Source of the DNA: an uncultured Bifidobacterium sp. | GTDB lineage: Bacteria > Actinomycetota > Actinomycetes > Nanopelagicales > Nanopelagicaceae | NCBI GenBank assembly: GCA_964387855.1 | Contig: CAYLYA010000008.1 | Coordinates: 3,404 to 67,403 of the forward strand | Length of the DNA stretch: 64,000 bases | Direction: 5' to 3' | Part shown: one piece after another, positions 60,974 to 64,000 of the stretch | How positions within the stretch are numbered: the stretch's first letter is position 1 | How the letters are laid out: each line of letters starts with the position of its first letter | Translations under genes and position numbers: made by a program | Notes under the pieces: model-generated | The model's database searches: none | Seen by the model: only the letters and a program-made list of their open reading frames with translations | Told to the model about the DNA's origin: nothing

Positions 60974-61173
60974 TTACGTTCTCACCAAAGACCGCTGGTG
61001 CGGGAACTAAGAGATTAGTGCTCGCTTAAGTGTCAATAGACAGCCCGCGTAGGTTCACACGTTAAACCCGTGCGCATCTACGCGTATCGGGTTTATTGCA
61101 TTTTTAGGCCCTTTGATTGAAATCTGCGTTACATAAGTGGCGCGTAGTGATCTATGACAGAAAGGTGAACCGA
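60974..61173 (+). ncRNA. Structured rplJ 5' leader (candidate ribosomal protein L10 leader)
   Basis: A 200-nt untranslated leader carries several hairpins: CACCA-AAGACCGC-TGGTG, and CGCGTAG...CTACGCG with 7-bp arms. An L10(L12)4 autoregulatory leader is known at this position, but I cannot score the covariance model by hand. Confidence 0.35.
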
Positions 61174-61800
61174 ATGGCTCGCCCAGATAAAGCAGCAGCA
61201 GTTGCTGAACTGACGGAAGACTTCCGCACAGCCACAGCGACTGTCCTCACCGAGTATCGCGGTCTTTCCGTGACCTTGATGAAGAAACTTCGCCGCGACC
61301 TTGGTACAGACACCAAGTACTCCGTAGTGAAGAACACCCTCACAAAGATTGCAGCAAAAGAGGCTGGCTTTGATGTTCCTGCGGAACTTCTCACCGGACC
61401 GTCTGCGCTTGCATTCATCAAGGGTGATGCAATCGTCGCAGCGAAGAGCCTGCGCGATTTCGCCAAGGAGAATCCATTCCTCGTTATCAAGGGTGGAATT
61501 TACGAAGGCAAGACCGTCACCGCAGCCGAAATTTTCAAGTTAGCCGATCTGGAATCACGCGAAGTCCTCTTGGCCAAGCTTGCTGGCGCAATGAAGGCGT
61601 CTATGGCGAACGCAATTCGCACCATCGATGCTCTCCGCGCAAAATTGGAAGCAGCACAAGGACCAGTGGCCGTAGCTGAAACTTCGGTTGCAGAAGTTGC
61701 AACTGAAGAGGCACCTGCCGCAGAGGCCGTTGTGGAAACTCCAGAAGTTACCGAAGAAGTTCAAACCCCAGTAGAAGCAACAGAAGAAGAGAAGGAATAA
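61174..61800 (+). CDS. rplJ: 50S ribosomal protein L10 (with long acidic C-terminal tail)
   Basis: Trimmed to the ATG at 61174 ([17 protein letters not shown]...EYRGLSV). The C-terminal 45 aa or so are Glu/Ala/Val/Thr/Pro-rich. Confidence 0.93.
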   Translation: MARPDKAAAVAELTEDFRTATATVLTEYRGLSVTLMKKLRRDLGTDTKYSVVKNTLTKIAAKEAGFDVPAELLTGPSALAFIKGDAIVAAKSLRDFAKENPFLVIKGGIYEGKTVTAAEIFKLADLESREVLLAKLAGAMKASMANAIRTIDALRAKLEAAQGPVAVAETSVAEVATEEAPAAEAVVETPEVTEEVQTPVEATEEEKE

Positions 61801-61803
61801 ATC

Positions 61804-62187
61804 ATGGCAAAGCTCAGCACAGAAGACCTATTGGGTCAGTTCAAGGAAATGACATTGGTCGAGCTCTCTGACTTCGTTAAGTCATTCGAGGTCGAATTCG
61901 ACGTTAAGGCATCAGCACCAGTTGCAGTAGCTGCAGCAGGTGGCGGCGCAGCCGCTGAAGAAGCATCAGCACAGGACGAGTTCACACTCACCTTGGAAAA
62001 CGCTGGCGCTCAGAAGATCGCGGTTATCAAGGAAGTACGTGGCATCAACTCAAGCCTTGGCTTGAAAGAGGCCAAGGACATTGTCGATGCTGCTCCTGCA
62101 GTATTGATCGAAAAGGGCACCAAGGAAGCAGTAGAGAAGGCAAAGGCAGCTCTCGAAGCAGCCGGAGCAACAGTTTCCGTCAAGTAA
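61804..62187 (+). CDS. rplL: 50S ribosomal protein L7/L12
   Basis: 127 aa with an Ala-rich hinge and the C-terminal domain [25 protein letters not shown]...[15 protein letters not shown]. Confidence 0.95.
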   Translation: MAKLSTEDLLGQFKEMTLVELSDFVKSFEVEFDVKASAPVAVAAAGGGAAAEEASAQDEFTLTLENAGAQKIAVIKEVRGINSSLGLKEAKDIVDAAPAVLIEKGTKEAVEKAKAALEAAGATVSVK

Positions 62188-62202
62188 TTTAGCTGCACCC
62201 TA

Positions 62203-62234
62203 CGAACGCTCCCGCCTAACGGCGGGGGCGTTCG
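62203..62234 (+). terminator. Stem-loop downstream of rplL
   Basis: CGAACGCTCCCGCC-TAAC-GGCGGGGGCGTTCG forms a 14-bp stem with one G-U pair. It begins 15 nt after the stop, and GCATTTCT follows. Confidence 0.6.
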
Positions 62235-62265
62235 GCATTTCTCGACAGTGGTTTCACAACTACTC

Positions 62266-62294
62266 TTGACACACATATTTATGAGGCGCATAAT
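62266..62294 (+). promoter_or_regulatory. Near-consensus sigma-70-type promoter for the RHH gene
   Basis: TTGACA (62266-62271), a 17-nt spacer, then CATAAT (62289-62294), about 45 nt upstream of the ATG at 62341. Confidence 0.4.
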
Positions 62295-62340
62295 TATTTT
62301 GTTCGACATCTCTCGATTTTCGACGAGGAAGGGAGAGATC

Positions 62341-62640
62341 ATGAAGAAGGTCAGAGTGAAGTACACATTGGGTCGAGACATAGACCTTGATAAAGAGGTG
62401 GTTCTGGACACCAATGGCAGGAGAATTACTGAAGCGCGTGCCCGCCAGATTGCCCGTGAAACCCACGAACTAGTGGTCGGAAGGCCTTCGTTGTCGAGCC
62501 CCGGGGTCCACTCCCCAGAAATAAAAGCCCGAGTGCCAATGAAGTTGAAGAAATCTCTCCAACGTGAGGCAAAGCGTCGAGGTCAAACTTCGTCAGAATT
62601 GGTACGGCAAGCAATTGAGGAGTTCTTGAGAACGGCTTGA
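62341..62640 (+). CDS. Ribbon-helix-helix (CopG/antitoxin-like) protein, no adjacent toxin gene
   Basis: Trimmed to the ATG at 62341 after GGAAGGGAGAG. The C-terminus IKARVPMKLKKSLQREAKRRGQTSSELVRQAIEEFL is a typical RHH strand-helix-helix. Confidence 0.6.
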   Translation: MKKVRVKYTLGRDIDLDKEVVLDTNGRRITEARARQIARETHELVVGRPSLSSPGVHSPEIKARVPMKLKKSLQREAKRRGQTSSELVRQAIEEFLRTA

Positions 62641-62645
62641 GAGAA

Positions 62646-63413
62646 TTAGGGCTTGCGACCGAAGACGTTTGAGAATGTGCCCGTCAGTTTGATTCGGCCA
62701 GAGTCCGAGTCAGTGAATCTATTTAGGTACTCCTCCAAGGCAATTCGGACTTCGACCTCTCCCGAATAGTCGATTGCAATTACTGCCGAACCAGCGCTTG
62801 CCAATCCTTTGTACGCATCATCGATATTGTCGTAAAGACTGAAAACCTCTGTACTAATTCGCTCAATTGCATCTAGTCCAAGTTCTTCGAATTTTTTCTC
62901 GGCCACCCCCGGTTTCATGAACTGGGCGGGCAATTTTGGACCTCCCGGGGGCGAGAAATTCTGGATGAGCGCGGAGTACTCCGTAAAATCTCCAAAATCA
63001 CTCCAGAAGGACATGGCCAAGACTCCTCCGGGGTTGAGGACGCGCACCGCCTCTGGAAACGTGCCATCGCCTCCAAACTGCAGTCCGTTGAAACTGGTGA
63101 CGACATCGAAACTCTCATCTTCGAACGGCAGGGCCTCCATGGGAGATCGGACAAAGTAGGCACCTGGTGTGCGCTGGCGGGCGACATCCAACAGCGCTTC
63201 GGAGGCATCAACTCCCGCACCTTCCGCTCCTGCTGCCACTGTCCGTGCCAGGGCCAACCCCGACCCGCAGGCGATATCGAGCAATTTTGTGCCTGGGCCG
63301 ACCCCGGTGTGGGCAAGTACGGTCGAAATGGCGTTTGACGCTAAGCCTTCTTGGTAGGTAGCCCAATCCCTGGCCCTGGCACCCCAGCTTTTACCTGATC
63401 TTTCCCAGTCCAT
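62646..63413 (-). CDS. Class I SAM-dependent methyltransferase
   Basis: LLDIACGSGLAL (motif I), FDVVTSFNGLQF and LNPGGVLAMSFW (post-I/II motifs). Confidence 0.85.
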   Translation of the reverse strand: MDWERSGKSWGARARDWATYQEGLASNAISTVLAHTGVGPGTKLLDIACGSGLALARTVAAGAEGAGVDASEALLDVARQRTPGAYFVRSPMEALPFEDESFDVVTSFNGLQFGGDGTFPEAVRVLNPGGVLAMSFWSDFGDFTEYSALIQNFSPPGGPKLPAQFMKPGVAEKKFEELGLDAIERISTEVFSLYDNIDDAYKGLASAGSAVIAIDYSGEVEVRIALEEYLNRFTDSDSGRIKLTGTFSNVFGRKP

Positions 63414-63671
63414 TCATGCCTCCGGACTTCATCTCACATGATGGTATTGGAAAGATACCCGCCGGTATGTAGGTAACAAAGGGGACTCAATTTGCCACTT
63501 TTGTGGATAAACCACTGACAAGTGGGGTGGGGGTATGGTAAAAGCCAGGGTTGGACATACGGGGTCGCTCCCCGATATCCTTGGCGCTCGCACAAATCCT
63601 TTTAGGTCAATGCATATAGCGGCTGAGACCTTTGTCCGTGCGTCACCAAATTCTGTTCGGAAGGACACCTC

Positions 63672-64000
63672 TTGGCCGCGTCAAAAAAATCATCTGTTGC
63701 CCCACGCCGTATTTCATTTGCGAAGATCCGCGAACCTCTCGAAGTCCCAAACCTACTCGCACTCCAAATTGAGAGTGTTGACTGGTTGCTGGGCAACGAC
63801 ATCTGGCGCCAGCGTCTCGCAGTAGCCGAAACCACCCACCGTGGTGAGCTCCCACAGCAATCCGGATTGGAAGAAATCTTCGAGGAGATTTCACCGATCG
63901 AGGATTTCCAAGGATCGATGTCACTTTCATTCCGTGACCACCGTTTCGAGCCACCCAAGTACTCAATCGAAGACTGTAAAGAGCGCGATATGACTTACTC
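63672..64000 (+). CDS. rpoB: DNA-directed RNA polymerase subunit beta (N-terminal fragment, continues beyond the window)
   Basis: Not in the track because there is no stop. From TTG 63672 (after GGAAGGA) my translation is ...[31 protein letters not shown]...[23 protein letters not shown]...[15 protein letters not shown], the canonical RpoB N-terminus. An in-frame TGA at 63624 excludes earlier starts. Confidence 0.93.
   Translation, partial: MAASKKSSVAPRRISFAKIREPLEVPNLLALQIESVDWLLGNDIWRQRLAVAETTHRGELPQQSGLEEIFEEISPIEDFQGSMSLSFRDHRFEPPKYSIEDCKERDMTY

Overview
The window reads as a compact, gene-dense stretch of an actinobacterial chromosome. GC is moderate, intergenic regions are short, and many genes overlap by 1-4 nt (ATGA/GTGA/TAATG). 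All calls were made by eye from the supplied translations, from my own translation of regions missing from the ORF track, and from hand-folded RNAs. No database search was run.

The conserved backbone follows two well-known actinobacterial syntenic blocks placed side by side:
- Block 1: ppc, mfd-mazG-eno-ftsB-like-DUF501-ppx-udg, greA-DUF4307, SURF1, uppS, PIN-PhoH (phoH2-type), class I fumarase-xseB-xseA, ispH, putA.
- Block 2: tRNA-Thr/tRNA-Met, rpmG, a MaoC dehydratase pair, murB, an aminotransferase, tRNA-Trp, secE-nusG-rplK-rplA, rplJ-rplL, and the start of rpoB.

Accessory or unusual material sits between these blocks:
- A lower-GC islet (about 3.3-5.5 kb) holds an orphan 452-aa protein with a C-terminal 4-TM bundle.
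- A tRNA with anticodon UAA has a Leu-like anticodon arm and D arm but only a 5-nt variable loop. It lies exactly at the border of a second lower-GC islet (about 17.05-19.1 kb), which encodes an orphan 526-aa protein with a PD-(D/E)xK-like motif.
- A drug-resistance-like cluster contains an AAC(2')-like GNAT, two MFS pumps and a DrrAB-like ABC exporter.
- An enolase-superfamily racemase/OSBS gene is paired with a GNAT-like gene.
- A feoA-feoB-feoC-like operon is present.
- A four-gene sulfur-handling module (ArsR-rhodanese, DsrE-like, SQR-like flavoprotein, DUF302) is wedged between rplKA and rplJL.
- An orphan ribbon-helix-helix gene and a SAM methyltransferase lie between rplL and rpoB.

I found no CRISPR array, rRNA, integrase or transposase. 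The two orphan islets and the odd tRNA are my best candidates for something undescribed, but their function is inference only.
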